A stretch of 64,000 nucleotides of DNA from Terriglobia bacterium (GCA_963803605.1 CAWDNG010000012.1:396974-460973), one strand, 5' to 3'. Shown: positions 7,744-18,566, counted from the first letter of the stretch. The notes: generated by a model not told the origin, from the letters alone. A program made the numbers and translations.

Positions 7744-9882
7744 TTACTTTGAAACCGGCTCCAGGATACCTCGATATTTGAGCATGGGCTCAATGCTGGG
7801 CTCCGCTCCCAGCCAGGCCCTGTACATGTCGGCCAGTTCTTCGGTGTTGCCGCGGGACAGCACCATGCGGCGAAGACGATCGCCGTTGGCGCGGGTCAGG
7901 CCGCCGTGGTCTTCGAACCACTGGAAGGCGTCATCGTCCAGCATCTCAGCCCATAGATAGGCGTAGTAACCGGCGCCATAGTCACCGCCCCAGATGTGTG
8001 CGAAGTAGGTGGAGCGGTAACGGGGCGGCACGGCGCTGAGCGCGAGATGGGTCTTCTCCAGCGCGGCGGTCTCAAACGCGTCAGGCTTCGACAGTGGCGT
8101 GGTTGGAGGAAGCGTGTGCCACTGCATATCGAGTTCGGCCGCGGCCAAAATTTCAGTCAGCGCGTACCCCTGGTTAAAGGTTGCGGACTTCCTGATTTTC
8201 TCGGCCAGTTCCGCCGGCAGGGGTGCACCCGTCTTGTGGTGCTTCGCGTAGTGGCTGAACACCGCCGGATAACTAGCCCAATGTTCGTTGAACTGGGACG
8301 GAAACTCTACAAAGTCGCGGGCAACGGCAGTTCCGGAGAGGCTGGGATACTGGCTATCGGCGAACATGCCGTGCAGGGCGTGGCCGAATTCGTGGAACAT
8401 GGTAGTTACATCGCGAAAACTGAGCAGCGCGGGTTCGCCGGGTGCAGGCTTGCTGAAGTTACACACGTTGTAGACGACCGGCAGCGTACCCAATAGCTTG
8501 GACTGGTCAACGAAGTTGCTCATCCAGGCGCCGCCGCGCTTGTTATCGCGTTTGAAGTAGTCGCCGTAGAAAAGCGCCACAGGCTGGCCGTTGGCATCGA
8601 AGACCTCGAAGACCCGCACGTCCGGGTTGTACACCGGAATGTCCCGGCGCTCCTTGAAGGTGATTCCGTAGAGCTGGCTGGCGGCATAGAATACGCCGTT
8701 CTCGAGCACGTTATTCAACTCGAAATACGGCTTGATCTGGGCTTCGTCCAGATCGTACTTGGCCTTGCGGACCTGCTCGGCATAGAAATTCCAGTCCCAC
8801 GGCTCGAGCTTGAAGCCGGCTTTCTGCGAGTCGATTACTGATTGGATATCGGCGGCTTCGGCCGTGGCTCTGGCCCTCGCTCCCGGCACCAGCGCATCCA
8901 TAAACTTCAGCGCCGCGTCCGGCGTTTTGGCCATCTGGTCGTCCAGTTTCCACGCTGCGTAGTTAGGGAAGCCCAGCAACTTGGCTTTCTGCGCACGTAG
9001 CTGAGCCAGACGGGAAACCGTGTCACGGGTATCGTTCGCCCCTCCGCGTTCGGCGCGATTCCAGGAGTCCTCGAAGAGCTTCTGACGGCTGGAGCGGTGG
9101 CTCAGCAAATCCAGGTCAGGCTGTTGCGTGGTGTTCTGCAGCGGGAGCACGTAGCCGTCCAGCTTGCGTTCCTTTGCCGCCAAAGCGGCGGCAGTGATTT
9201 GGGCCTCGGTCAAGCCCGCAAGCGCATCTTTCTCCTGGGTTACAAAGGCCGCATCCTTGGTGGCGGCGAGCAACCGGGTGGTGAAATCGTTGGTCAGGAT
9301 CGACTCTTCTTCGTTGAGCTTCCTCAGCGCAGCCTTGTCGGCGTCGGAGAGGTTGGCGCCGGCATGCACAAATTTCTTGTAATAGAACTCCACCAGGCGG
9401 AGCGATTCCTCACCGATTTTCAGCGAGTCGCGTTGCGAGTAAATCGTCGCCACACGCTGGAATAATTTGGAGTCGAGATAGATCGCATCGCTGTGCGCGG
9501 CCAGCCGGGGCGCCTCGTAGTCCTGTACTTTCTGCAGTTCCGGATTCAGGTTGGCTCCCGTGACGCCGTTGAATGCAGCCATGGCGCGGTTGAACAACTG
9601 GCCAGTCTTTTCCAGCGCGACAAGTGTGTTCTCGAATGTCGGCGGAGCGGGATTGTCGGCAATCGCCCGAATCTCCTGGCGTTGCTCCGCCATGCCGGCG
9701 TCAATGGCGGGCTGGTAGTCGCTGTCCTTGATCTTGTCGAAGGGTGGCGCGTGAAAGGGCAAAGTGCTCGGCGCATAGAACGGGTTATTCGGCCCAAAGT
9801 CCATAGGTTTATCCGAGGTGGAAGCACTGGAGCCAAGCGCCATGGCGCCGGCTGTGATCAGAGTGGCTAGTCGTGACAGCAT
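7744..9882 (-). CDS. dcp: M3-family peptidyl-dipeptidase (Dcp-like), secreted
   Basis: HEFGHALH zinc motif, 712 aa, and an N-terminal signal-like MLSRLATLITAGAMALGSSAS. Confidence 0.9.
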   Translation of the reverse strand: MLSRLATLITAGAMALGSSASTSDKPMDFGPNNPFYAPSTLPFHAPPFDKIKDSDYQPAIDAGMAEQRQEIRAIADNPAPPTFENTLVALEKTGQLFNRAMAAFNGVTGANLNPELQKVQDYEAPRLAAHSDAIYLDSKLFQRVATIYSQRDSLKIGEESLRLVEFYYKKFVHAGANLSDADKAALRKLNEEESILTNDFTTRLLAATKDAAFVTQEKDALAGLTEAQITAAALAAKERKLDGYVLPLQNTTQQPDLDLLSHRSSRQKLFEDSWNRAERGGANDTRDTVSRLAQLRAQKAKLLGFPNYAAWKLDDQMAKTPDAALKFMDALVPGARARATAEAADIQSVIDSQKAGFKLEPWDWNFYAEQVRKAKYDLDEAQIKPYFELNNVLENGVFYAASQLYGITFKERRDIPVYNPDVRVFEVFDANGQPVALFYGDYFKRDNKRGGAWMSNFVDQSKLLGTLPVVYNVCNFSKPAPGEPALLSFRDVTTMFHEFGHALHGMFADSQYPSLSGTAVARDFVEFPSQFNEHWASYPAVFSHYAKHHKTGAPLPAELAEKIRKSATFNQGYALTEILAAAELDMQWHTLPPTTPLSKPDAFETAALEKTHLALSAVPPRYRSTYFAHIWGGDYGAGYYAYLWAEMLDDDAFQWFEDHGGLTRANGDRLRRMVLSRGNTEELADMYRAWLGAEPSIEPMLKYRGILEPVSK

Positions 9883-9932
9883 GAGGTCGACCTAAGAATT
9901 GTAAATGACAGGCAGAGGTTTGTGTGTGTGTG

Positions 9933-10084
9933 GTGTGGGTCGGACACTCCTGTCCGACGCTTTTGATTTTGATCTTTAGTCTTTTAACCGAAGACTCAAG
10001 ACAAAATAAAAAGCAAAGCCAAAAATCAAAATCAAAATCAAAGTGAAAGTCAAAGGCGTCGGACAGGAGTGTCCGACCCACACT
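9933..10084. repeat. REP-type composite palindromic element, family 1 (copy 1)
   Basis: Left arm gtgtgggtcggacactcctgtccgacgc (9933-9960). Right arm gcgtcggacaggagtgtccgacccacac (10057-10084). The arms are mutually inverted and each is itself a hairpin (gtcggaca/tgtccgac). The loop is A/T-rich with (aaatca)n. Located between convergent genes. Confidence 0.85.
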
Positions 10085-10098
10085 TGATTCTTCTGATA

Positions 10099-11238
10099 TC
10101 ACACTGCTTGCCGGCTCAACGCCTCTCGGCTTGCGGTCCAGTGCATAACTTCCTCGATCACACGCTCAACTTCCTGATTGGCGAGTTCGGGATACATGGG
10201 AAGCGAAAGCACGCTGGCTGCCGACCTCTCCGTGACCGGCAGCGAGCCAACGCGAGCGGGGCGCTCCCAGGGAAAGCCGTCCTGCTGATGAATGGCAATG
10301 GGATAGTGGGTGAGCGCCGTAATGCCTTTCGACTGCAAGTAGGCTTGCAGCCCGTCGCGGTCGTCGCTATCGACCACATATAGATGATAGACGTGCTGGT
10401 AGCCGGGCGGCGTGAAGGGCAGAGTCATCGATGCGCCGGCCAGGCCGTGGTCGTAGAGCCGGGCAATCTCGCGGCGGCGCTCGCTCCATTCGTCCACGCG
10501 CTGCAGCTTGACGCGCAACACTGCCGCGTGGATGTCGTCCAGGCGGCTGTTGTAGCCAATGCTGTGGTGGGAGCGCTTCATCGAGCCGTGGTTGCGCAGT
10601 TTGCGGATCTCGGCGGCTAGGTCTTTATTGTTCGTGGCCACAGCGCCGCCGTCGCCGAAGCATCCCAGGTTTTTCTGGATAATGAAGCTCAGGCAGACTG
10701 CGTCGCTGAGTTCTCCAATGGCAAAAGTGTCTCCCCTCGCTCCGATACCCTGGGCACAGTCCTCCACCACGAACAAATTGTGGGCCTTCGCAATGCGCGC
10801 GATCGCGGGCATGTCCGCAGTCAAGCCGTACAAATGCACAGGTACGATGGCGCGAGTCTTCGGCGTGATCGCGGCTTCGATCTTGCCGACATCGATATTG
10901 CGGGTCCGGGGATCCGAATCCACGAATACGGGAGCGGCGCCGGCCAGCCAGATGGCTTCCGCCGTGGCAAAGAAAGTGTTGGAGGTGGTTATGACCTCGT
11001 CGCCTGGACCCAGCCCCAGGGCCAGGAACACCAGCAGTAGAGCGTCGGTGCCGGAATTCACGCCCACGGCTTCCTTCGTCTTCATGTACCGCGCCAGTTC
11101 TTCTTCGAACTTGACCAGCTGCGGACCCAATACATAGCTTCCGCTTTCGAGCACATTCAGAATGGCCTGATCAATCTCAGGCTTCAGATTGTGATACTGC
11201 TTCACGTGGCCATAAAAGCCGATGTTGGATTCGGGCAT
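10099..11238 (-). CDS. DegT/DnrJ/EryC1/StrS-family PLP-dependent sugar aminotransferase
   Basis: 379 aa with typical blocks (GPQLVKFEEELA, VNSGTDALLL, SFIIQKNLGCFGDGGAV). AGGAGG lies upstream of the ATG at 11238. Confidence 0.9.
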   Translation of the reverse strand: MPESNIGFYGHVKQYHNLKPEIDQAILNVLESGSYVLGPQLVKFEEELARYMKTKEAVGVNSGTDALLLVFLALGLGPGDEVITTSNTFFATAEAIWLAGAAPVFVDSDPRTRNIDVGKIEAAITPKTRAIVPVHLYGLTADMPAIARIAKAHNLFVVEDCAQGIGARGDTFAIGELSDAVCLSFIIQKNLGCFGDGGAVATNNKDLAAEIRKLRNHGSMKRSHHSIGYNSRLDDIHAAVLRVKLQRVDEWSERRREIARLYDHGLAGASMTLPFTPPGYQHVYHLYVVDSDDRDGLQAYLQSKGITALTHYPIAIHQQDGFPWERPARVGSLPVTERSAASVLSLPMYPELANQEVERVIEEVMHWTASREALSRQAV

Positions 11239-11508
11239 GGGGGATTGCCTCCTTGAATTCTGACGGGCATCACACGCAGCCGGCCTCTATTCCATTAAAA
11301 CGATTCACTCGCTGCAAAAATGGGCTGGCCAAGACTTTGTACCCCCAGCAGGCCGAATTCGCTAAACGCAAAAATCCGATGGCGGAAACTCAAAAAACTG
11401 CTAAGGCCCGGGTGGCCATTGCAGCTAGAGGCTGGCGACTCACGCACTGGGTGAGAAGGACAAATAAGGGTTGGCGAAGGTCCTCAACGGCGGGTCGATT
11501 CTGAGACG

Positions 11509-14196
11509 CTAGGGAAGGCGCACATCCAGGCTGTAAATCTCTTGCGTGCTTTTGTCCCGCATCAGCAGCGGCGAGTCGTCGGGCCCCAAACCCACCCAGA
11601 ATTCAAAGGGATCGAACCCACGCGGAACTTCCTTCAAGCTGAATAAGCGTTCCAATGTGCCGGTGGCCACATTCACACGCACCAGGTCATCGGTTTTGTC
11701 GGAATAGTCCTCGGCATAAAGATACTTTCCATCGTGGGACCAGTTCTCGAAGCCGAACCGTGACGAGGCGAGCTGCCTCCAACTTTTCTTTTCCATGTCG
11801 TACAGCAACAGCCTGGTAGAGTCCGCGGATAGAGCCGCTACGTAGCGCCCGTCCTGCGAGCAGCGGGGACTGAAAAGATCTTCAGAGCCCGGCAGATCTG
11901 ACACCTGCGCGGTCTTCAAGTCAACGATGTGAATGTTCGGGCCTGATACGGCCCCGTATTCCAGCCAGGGCATTCCCGCGAACACAATGGAATTGCCGTC
12001 GGGGGTCCAGGTGGGATCACCCTGATTGCGGTCTCCTGCCGTTACCTCCTGCGGCGTACCGCCCTCGGCCGGAAGTACGAAGATCTTCCAGGGTTTTCCC
12101 GGACGCGAGGCCATGAAAGCAATCCGGGTACCGTCGGGTGACCAGCGCGGCATGTGGGCCTGCATGGGCGCAAAGGTGAGTTGGGTACGTGAACTTGCGT
12201 CCGGCTTGCTCCGCCACAACGTGAGTTCCGGATGCGTGACGTAGGTGATCCACTCGCCGCCATTGCGCTGGAAGTTGGCCTCGCCCGCGGAAACGCCGGG
12301 AAGGTAAACGGAAAACTGCTGTGACTTGTTGTCCAGGCGGACCAGATCGAAGCTGCGCTGCTGGCCGATCACGAACAGCTTCTTTCCAGCTGTGCTGGGA
12401 GTGGGATTGCTGAACATGAGCGGTCCCACGGTCAACTGCGTTGGCTCCGCGGCAGCCCTGCGAAAAAGCGACGTGTCTTCACGCCGGACCCAGATGTTCT
12501 GGGTATGATCCCGCGTCGATTCAAAGAGGAAGTATTTTCCATCTTTCGTCCAGGCTCCGCCAAATTCTTCTGGCGGCTTGTTCCAGTTCGGCAGTACTGG
12601 ATGCAGCCCCTTTCCGTCGGCAGAAACCTCCCACAGCGAAGAAGTGCGCTGGTTGGTGTCGCGTATGGTGAAGCGCAGGCGGCGGCCGTCGGGAGAAAAT
12701 CGCGGCGCAAAAGGGACCCCTGGCACGGTAACCAATTCGCGCGAATCCGTGCCGTCCGTATTGCAGCTGTACACGCCCGACTTCCAGACATACACGATGC
12801 GCTGGCCATCCGGCGCCCAGGTGGCCCCGTGTGCGAGGATGGTTCCCACGGAACGGAGCGAGCCTGCCGGTAGGGGCAATATCCAGACCGGCCACTCTGT
12901 CTCCGAGCCTTCGGCTACGCCTTTCACTAGCAATTCCGAGCGACCCGGGTAGAAATCATAGATATCGGCGCTGACCAGCGAGATAGGCACGGGGGCGGTC
13001 TCTCCGCCCGAGGTTGAAACCTGCCTCAGAACCGAATGGCCGCTCAGATATTCGGAAAAGTAAACGCGGCTTCCGTCCGTGACCAGAGATCGCTTCGAGG
13101 TACCGTCGCTGGTGATCTGCAGTGCCGAAATCACGGCTGGCGGGGGCTGGGGCGATCTCAAGAACAGGACAAGCACCGCCAGCGCAATCCCAGCACAGAC
13201 CGCCATCGCCAGCCGGCCGAGAACGCCAACTTTGGGCTGTGGCCTGAGGGCGGTGGCGGACGCGAAGAAAGAACGGATGAGCTCTTTCGAATCCGGCGCC
13301 CGTCTCACGGTGGGCGCGGCGAGCCCTGATTCAGCGGCCCGGCGAAGGCTTTGCAGATCGGTCCGCATCTCAGCCGCGCTGGCATAGCGTCGATCTGGAT
13401 TCTTCTCCAGAGCTTTGCGCACGATGCTCTCAAGTTCCGGTGGGGTTGCCGGATCGGATCTCAGCGGCCAGTCCGGCACCCGGTGAATAATGGAATCGAA
13501 AACCGCGGCCGGCGTCTGTCCCTGGAAAGGTTGCACTCCAGTCGCCATCTCATACAGCACGACCCCGAAAGAAAACAAATCCGTACGCGTGTTGAGGGGC
13601 TCGCCCAGCGCCTGTTCCGGCGACATGTAAGGAATGGTTCCCAGAGTCGATCCCCGGCGATTGAGTTCCTCCGGGGCCCGCGTGTCCACTGCGAAGGTGT
13701 CGCCACTAATGCTGCCTTCGTCCCCAGCGGTGAACTTGGCCAGGCCGAAATCCAGAATCTTGGCGTGGCCGCGCTGGGTCACGAAAATGTTCGCCGGCTT
13801 GATGTCGCGATGCATAATGCCGTGGGTGTGGGCGGCATCGAGGGCGTCAGCAATCTCGATTCCCAGATCCAGCAACTGGGGCAGGGGCAGAGGACCTTCC
13901 GCGATGCGCTGCCGCAATGTCATGCCATCGAGAAATTCCATGGCGATGAAGCGCCGGCGCTGTGCCTGACCGACTTCGTAGATCACACAGATGTTGGGAT
14001 GATTCAGAGCCGATGCGGCCCGCGCTTCCCAGCGGAATCGTTCCAATACCGCCGGATCCTGAGCAACCATGTCGGGAAGAAACTTGAGGGCCACCATTCG
14101 GCGCAACTCGATGTCCTCAGCCTTGTAGACGACACCCATCCCGCCGCCGCCCAGCTTCTCGATGATGCGGTAGTGCGAGATGGTATGGCCGATCAC
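11509..14196 (-). CDS. Ser/Thr protein kinase with one TM segment and a C-terminal TolB-like beta-propeller
   Basis: Hanks kinase motifs [27 protein letters not shown] and PYMSPEQ. Hydrophobic segment [17 protein letters not shown]. Repeated ..SPDG..I.F... propeller blades. GTG start. Confidence 0.9.
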   Translation of the reverse strand: MIGHTISHYRIIEKLGGGGMGVVYKAEDIELRRMVALKFLPDMVAQDPAVLERFRWEARAASALNHPNICVIYEVGQAQRRRFIAMEFLDGMTLRQRIAEGPLPLPQLLDLGIEIADALDAAHTHGIMHRDIKPANIFVTQRGHAKILDFGLAKFTAGDEGSISGDTFAVDTRAPEELNRRGSTLGTIPYMSPEQALGEPLNTRTDLFSFGVVLYEMATGVQPFQGQTPAAVFDSIIHRVPDWPLRSDPATPPELESIVRKALEKNPDRRYASAAEMRTDLQSLRRAAESGLAAPTVRRAPDSKELIRSFFASATALRPQPKVGVLGRLAMAVCAGIALAVLVLFLRSPQPPPAVISALQITSDGTSKRSLVTDGSRVYFSEYLSGHSVLRQVSTSGGETAPVPISLVSADIYDFYPGRSELLVKGVAEGSETEWPVWILPLPAGSLRSVGTILAHGATWAPDGQRIVYVWKSGVYSCNTDGTDSRELVTVPGVPFAPRFSPDGRRLRFTIRDTNQRTSSLWEVSADGKGLHPVLPNWNKPPEEFGGAWTKDGKYFLFESTRDHTQNIWVRREDTSLFRRAAAEPTQLTVGPLMFSNPTPSTAGKKLFVIGQQRSFDLVRLDNKSQQFSVYLPGVSAGEANFQRNGGEWITYVTHPELTLWRSKPDASSRTQLTFAPMQAHMPRWSPDGTRIAFMASRPGKPWKIFVLPAEGGTPQEVTAGDRNQGDPTWTPDGNSIVFAGMPWLEYGAVSGPNIHIVDLKTAQVSDLPGSEDLFSPRCSQDGRYVAALSADSTRLLLYDMEKKSWRQLASSRFGFENWSHDGKYLYAEDYSDKTDDLVRVNVATGTLERLFSLKEVPRGFDPFEFWVGLGPDDSPLLMRDKSTQEIYSLDVRLP

Positions 14197-14261
14197 AAAA
14201 ATACCTGGAGCGGGTCGATTCCAGTCTCTGGGAGTCCGGGAAGAGCGCCGAAGTTCAGAGG

Positions 14262-14600
14262 GTGGCTGACGCGATGCGGGGGAAGATCATCATGTGGGAA
14301 AATGCCGCTCTCGCGAGTGAGCCCACCGCCTTGCCGAAGCCGCTTGAGGCAGACTTCGTCGAGCAGGTCTTCCTGCCTTGGATTCGAAAGCACCGCTCAC
14401 CCTCGACATTCAAATCGTACAGCGTGTACTGGAAGACGTATCTGAAACCAGTTTCAATCATACGCGAACGCCGGCCCTCTACGAAACGCATCGCGGCAGC
14501 CACCTGGTCGGAATACTGTGCTCCAAATATTCCGACAAGCACCTTGATGCCCGGGATAGTGCTCGGCACTTTTTGCGTTGGCGAAACCGCAGTGAATGAA
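14262..14600 (+). pseudogene. possible remnant of a tyrosine-recombinase (integrase) N-terminal domain
   Basis: LEADFVEQVFLPWIRKHRSPSTFKSYSVYWKTYLKP resembles the SAM-like N-domain of phage-type integrases. The reading then degenerates or shifts frame, and no catalytic R..HxxR..Y domain is present. Confidence 0.25.
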
Positions 14601-14731
14601 GCTGCGCCCGAAGATGGCCGGTTACATAGTGCACAACCTGCCGCGAAAGGTGCATTTCTGGGGTTGAATGCACCCTTTGCGTTGTCGCGCAAAAAGGGAT
14701 CAGGAAGGTCTCCACAGTTTCCCTTTAAGGC

Positions 14732-15421
14732 TTATCCGACCACAATGACCGCAAGGCGAATCCCAGGGTGCGCGGGATCAATCAGGAAGTACCGCTCGTC
14801 GATGTAGTCAATGTAGCAATCGTCCGAATAGGACCAATCCGCCGGCCACGGATTGACCAATTCAAACCAGTATCCCGTGTACTGGAAGCGTGGACGGTTC
14901 TCTACCAGGACGATGCGCTCCACGTGAAACTTGTGATTGCGGCCAAAGTGCTCGCGAAATCTGTCATCTGGAATGCGCGCTCCGCGTTGGGGACGTCCCG
15001 GTCGCGATCCTTGCGCCTGCGCCTCATGCCGGTCATTTTGTCGGTCTTTATCTTCGACCTGGGCGCGTTCACGTTGCTCTGAAGCCTGCTTTTGTTGTTG
15101 CTGGTCCTCGGTTTGCTTTTGCTGCTCATGCTGGGCGCGCTTCTGTTGCTCCTCAAGTTGCTTCTGCTGTTCCTTCTGAACCCGACTCTGATCTTCCGTC
15201 TGACGTTTTTCTTTCTGCTGCTCACCAGGTCTTGTTTGCCCGCCCGGTTCCGCTTTGCCTTCGGAAGGCTTCGAATCTGTCTTGCTCGGCTTCGATTGCT
15301 GCGGGGACGGCTTAGCCTGATCAGGTTGATCCTGTTGTGCCTGCATTGCGATTGTGGTTCCGCCAAGTAACAACCAAGCGGCAACGCCCGTTAGGATTCT
15401 CTTCTTCATGGAATCCTTCAT
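14732..15421 (-). CDS. secreted Gln/Glu/Lys-rich protein with C-terminal RFQYxGYW..PWPxxW domain (paralog of 1-643)
   Basis: Start MKDSMKKRILTGVAAWLLLGGTTIAMQAQQ at 15421 with AAGGAG upstream. C-terminus is RIPDDRFREHFGRNHKFH..RPRFQYTGYWFELVNPWPADWSYSDDCYIDYIDERYFL. Confidence 0.75.
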   Translation of the reverse strand: MKDSMKKRILTGVAAWLLLGGTTIAMQAQQDQPDQAKPSPQQSKPSKTDSKPSEGKAEPGGQTRPGEQQKEKRQTEDQSRVQKEQQKQLEEQQKRAQHEQQKQTEDQQQQKQASEQRERAQVEDKDRQNDRHEAQAQGSRPGRPQRGARIPDDRFREHFGRNHKFHVERIVLVENRPRFQYTGYWFELVNPWPADWSYSDDCYIDYIDERYFLIDPAHPGIRLAVIVVG

Positions 15422-15784
15422 TTGCAACTCCTTCGTCTTTTCGCTCGCGCTGCTTTCGGGGATAGAGATGTCACCGGAGAAATGCGGGATGCTCAACCAC
15501 AAGCGATACTGGCTCATCGTTTTCCTGACATCCGGCAAGAACAGACCTTAGAGGATGTGGGCCTGTCATCAGTCAGGCAATCCCGAACGGAGATCCCAGA
15601 AGCGAATCGGAATTACAAACACGCGTCACGCACACTAAGAAAAAGCCACCAAACATGAACAGCGGCCGCGCCGATTACAGGAGATGTTCGTGGATGTCGA
15701 GGCTCTGTCGCGCTCTTGGTGGAGAAGTCGGACGCTGGCGGCCCACATGCGCACTAGATAATGCCCGGTCTCGAACGGAGTGAT

Positions 15785-16162
15785 TCAAGCTGCTATGAAG
15801 GCGGCAGCTCTGAAGCCAAGCGATTCCAAGACATCATTAGCGATGTCGATTGTGGGCAGCCTCACTAACTCACTTGGACGCATCCTCGAGAGGATCTCGA
15901 ATTGGCGGTCAACCATCGCGGCGTCCATACGGAACGCCAATAGTACTTCTCGCGCTTTGTCTCTTGTGTCGTATTTGCGCGCAGCGCCAGAACTGAGACC
16001 GTGCTTGACGACAGAAATTTCTACGCTTCCACTTTCGCTTCGATTGAGGAACACGTCCGCTTCCATGAAAAGCCGGTCCTTTGCTAATTGCGATCCTTCA
16101 CTACGATCTCGTAGAGATTGCGGGTTGAAAATACATTGAATACTGTATGCCGAAGCGTTCAC
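15785..16162 (-). CDS. hypothetical protein in a locally lower-GC patch
   Basis: Only ORF length and more protein-like composition than the opposite-strand ORF support it. I recognise no motif. Confidence 0.35.
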   Translation of the reverse strand: MNASAYSIQCIFNPQSLRDRSEGSQLAKDRLFMEADVFLNRSESGSVEISVVKHGLSSGAARKYDTRDKAREVLLAFRMDAAMVDRQFEILSRMRPSELVRLPTIDIANDVLESLGFRAAAFIAA

Positions 16163-16182
16163 GGGATTCTATTTTGGGCGCT

Positions 16183-16716
16183 CTAGCCCGTAGGATCGCG
16201 GCGTCTGTGGCGCAGGTTCCATTCCGCGCTAAAGAGCTCGTAGCGTTTCGTCAACTCTTCCAACTCCCGGTCTGAAAGCTTTTCAATATTGATCATTTCA
16301 TTGTGCGCCGTGTGGATCGACCGGATCACCTCGTCGAGCTTCAGGTGCAAGGCGCGTGCGTCGCGGTTCTGGGTGTTTTGGATCAGGAAAACGATGAGGA
16401 AGGTGATGACCGTGGTGGCGGTATTGATGATCAACTGCCACGTGTCGGAGTAGTGGAAGTAGGGGCCGGATGCGGCCCAGAGGAGCACAGAGACGAAGGC
16501 AATCGAAAAGGCCCAGGGATCGCCAACCCGTCCGGCAGCCCAGGTTGCGGTCTTGCCGAACCAGGTACGGAATTCGGTGCGGTTATCTGTGACGCGGTCG
16601 ACCATCGGCGGGTTACGCCGGCGAGGCTCATTTCCGGCGTGCTCATTTCCAGCAGGCTTATTTTGGACGTCGTCGCGGGCATTGGCGTCTCCGAGGTGCT
16701 TATCGACTTTATTCAT
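16183..16716 (-). CDS. low-affinity iron permease family (Fet4-like) membrane protein
   Basis: WAFSIAFVSVLLWAASGPYFHYSDTWQLIINTATTVITFLIVFLIQNTQNRDARALHLKLDEVI is the hallmark of this family. Confidence 0.85.
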   Translation of the reverse strand: MNKVDKHLGDANARDDVQNKPAGNEHAGNEPRRRNPPMVDRVTDNRTEFRTWFGKTATWAAGRVGDPWAFSIAFVSVLLWAASGPYFHYSDTWQLIINTATTVITFLIVFLIQNTQNRDARALHLKLDEVIRSIHTAHNEMINIEKLSDRELEELTKRYELFSAEWNLRHRRRDPTG

Positions 16717-16798
16717 GGCTGTACCTTTCTATGAACACATTTGGATGCGTTCTCGGAGCGGCGTGATCGCAAGTCGCGCGGAAGACCCCTGGGGCAGC

Positions 16799-17776
16799 AT
16801 GCATCCTTTGGCGGATAATGGGCGTCCCAAGTGGGTGCCTTCCCATGTTTCCAGGCAAGTTGTGCGAGTGGCGGTTATCTCCAACGTCGCGATTGCCATC
16901 TGCAAGTATGGCGCGGCCATACTCACCGGAAGTTCGGCCATGCTCGCCGAGGCGTTTCATTCGACGGCCGACACAGGAAATGAATTGCTGCTGGTGTTGG
17001 GCATGAAACGGAGCTCGCGCCCGGCGGATCCCCTGCATCCCTACGGGCACGGCAAGGTCCTGTACTTCTATTCGCTGCTGGTGGCGGTTTACATCTTTGG
17101 CTTCGGCGGTGTTCTCGCCCTTTATCGCGGAATTGCTCACCTCCGCCATCCCGAGCCAACTGTGCACACCGGCTGGAACTACATTGTGCTGGCGTTCGCG
17201 TCGGTGGTCGATTTCTACTCATGGCAAATCTCCTACCGGGCTTTGCTGGCACAGAAGGATGCGGAGGAAAGCCTTTGGGATGAGATTGTCGGGAGCAAAG
17301 ATCCTACCGTCTTCACGATATTTCTAGAGGACTCAGCGGCGCTGGTGGGAGCCTTCCTTGCGTTCCTGGGTATTTTTCTGGGAAGTGTCCTGCGCAAGCC
17401 TTACCTGGATCCGGCGGCCTCTATTCTGATCGGCGTGCTGCTGGCGTGTGTGGCGCTGCTGCTGGGACGCGAAAGCGGCGCATTACTGGTAGGCGAGAGA
17501 ACGAACCGAAGGAGGATCAACAGAATCGGGCGGGTCATCGAGCAGGATGCGGCGGTCGAAGCCGTAGGCGATCTGCTCACCATGCAGCTTGGCCCCGACC
17601 AGGTATTGCTTACCGTGGACGTCAAGTTTCGCCGCGGCCTCGAGATTCAGGAACTCGAATCGACGATCGACCGGCTCAAGAGGCGAATCCAGCGCGAGGA
17701 GCCAATGATTACCCGAATCTTCCTGGAAGCCGACTCTCTGAAATGGCCCGGCCGCCAACCACCTCAGGCGGCCTGA
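16799..17776 (+). CDS. cation diffusion facilitator (CDF) family metal efflux transporter
   Basis: AILTGSSAMLAEAFHSTADTGNELLL, HPYGHGK, and a C-terminal cytoplasmic domain. The ORF-track start at 16553 overlaps the divergent gene. I prefer the ATG at 16799, with 16745 as an alternative. Confidence 0.8.
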   Translation: MHPLADNGRPKWVPSHVSRQVVRVAVISNVAIAICKYGAAILTGSSAMLAEAFHSTADTGNELLLVLGMKRSSRPADPLHPYGHGKVLYFYSLLVAVYIFGFGGVLALYRGIAHLRHPEPTVHTGWNYIVLAFASVVDFYSWQISYRALLAQKDAEESLWDEIVGSKDPTVFTIFLEDSAALVGAFLAFLGIFLGSVLRKPYLDPAASILIGVLLACVALLLGRESGALLVGERTNRRRINRIGRVIEQDAAVEAVGDLLTMQLGPDQVLLTVDVKFRRGLEIQELESTIDRLKRRIQREEPMITRIFLEADSLKWPGRQPPQAA

Positions 17777-18020
17777 CGAGCAATCCACACCAAAGAATTC
17801 CAGAAATCCGGATTGCGGAACTTTCGGTTGTGAGAAATGCAGGTCAGGAGAGGTGCATTTGTCAGACAGCAAGGCTGCAATTCAGGGAATCAGGGTTTGT
17901 ATTCGTCGGGAATAGGGATCTTCTGTTCGATCTGCTTGACCTTTTGCGGAGCGTGCTTGCGGAAGAGAAGCTTCAGGTCAGGCGTGAATTCAACCATGAT
18001 ATATAACGTGGCGTCGGAGC

Positions 18021-18443
18021 CTAGCTAAAGGCTGTTGCGAAACCCCGGTTTTTCAATTTGGCGGATAAAAGCCAGTAATTTCGTGGAGAGGTTGCGCGAT
18101 GGGGTTGGTTTGAGTTGCCGGCTTGAGCGGCAACTCGCCAAGGTCCGATCGGTTCCGCTGGCCCATGGCTCTCCTTGCCGGGTGGACCCATATTGCCGGC
18201 AGTCGACGCACTGTCGAGGACCAGAGAACCGAAAGGTCCAGCGCGAGCCGGATCGAACTCCATGCTTCCGACAACCGAAGTTGTGGGCGAGTCGGATGCG
18301 GCTTCTTTACCTTGATCGAAGCATGGTTGCGAGCGGACGACATGCGACTGGGAATTCCAATCGGCGGGCGGATTAAGACCGAGTAATAGACACAGCAGTA
18401 TCCAGCAGACCAGGCTGCAAGTTAGACGGAACCGTGTCATCAT
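18021..18443 (-). CDS. hypothetical signal-peptide-like protein
   Basis: The ATG at 18443 overlaps the TGA (18442-18440) of the reconstructed DUF6788-like gene (ATGA). The N-terminus is hydrophobic. Composition is otherwise unconvincing. Confidence 0.3.
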   Translation of the reverse strand: MMTRFRLTCSLVCWILLCLLLGLNPPADWNSQSHVVRSQPCFDQGKEAASDSPTTSVVGSMEFDPARAGPFGSLVLDSASTAGNMGPPGKESHGPAEPIGPWRVAAQAGNSNQPHRATSPRNYWLLSAKLKNRGFATAFS

Positions 18444-18566
18444 CGCGCATCGGCCTCGCGGGCGCGCCGCAAATTGCGCTCCTTATTTAACTCCGCCAGT
18501 TCCCGCAAACATTGCTGCATTTGTTGCCAAGCGGCTACCCCTGGGCGGGCGACATAGAAGTGGATG

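Noticed and set aside
13351-14445. 364-aa plus-strand ORF antisense to the kinase domain
   Set aside because: A shadow ORF. The kinase motifs on the minus strand are unambiguous.
17890-17997. 35-aa minus-strand ORF MVEFTPDLKLLFRKHAPQKVKQIEQKIPIPDEYKP
   Set aside because: The composition is protein-like, but I see no RBS and recognise no homology. It is too short to support from sequence alone.
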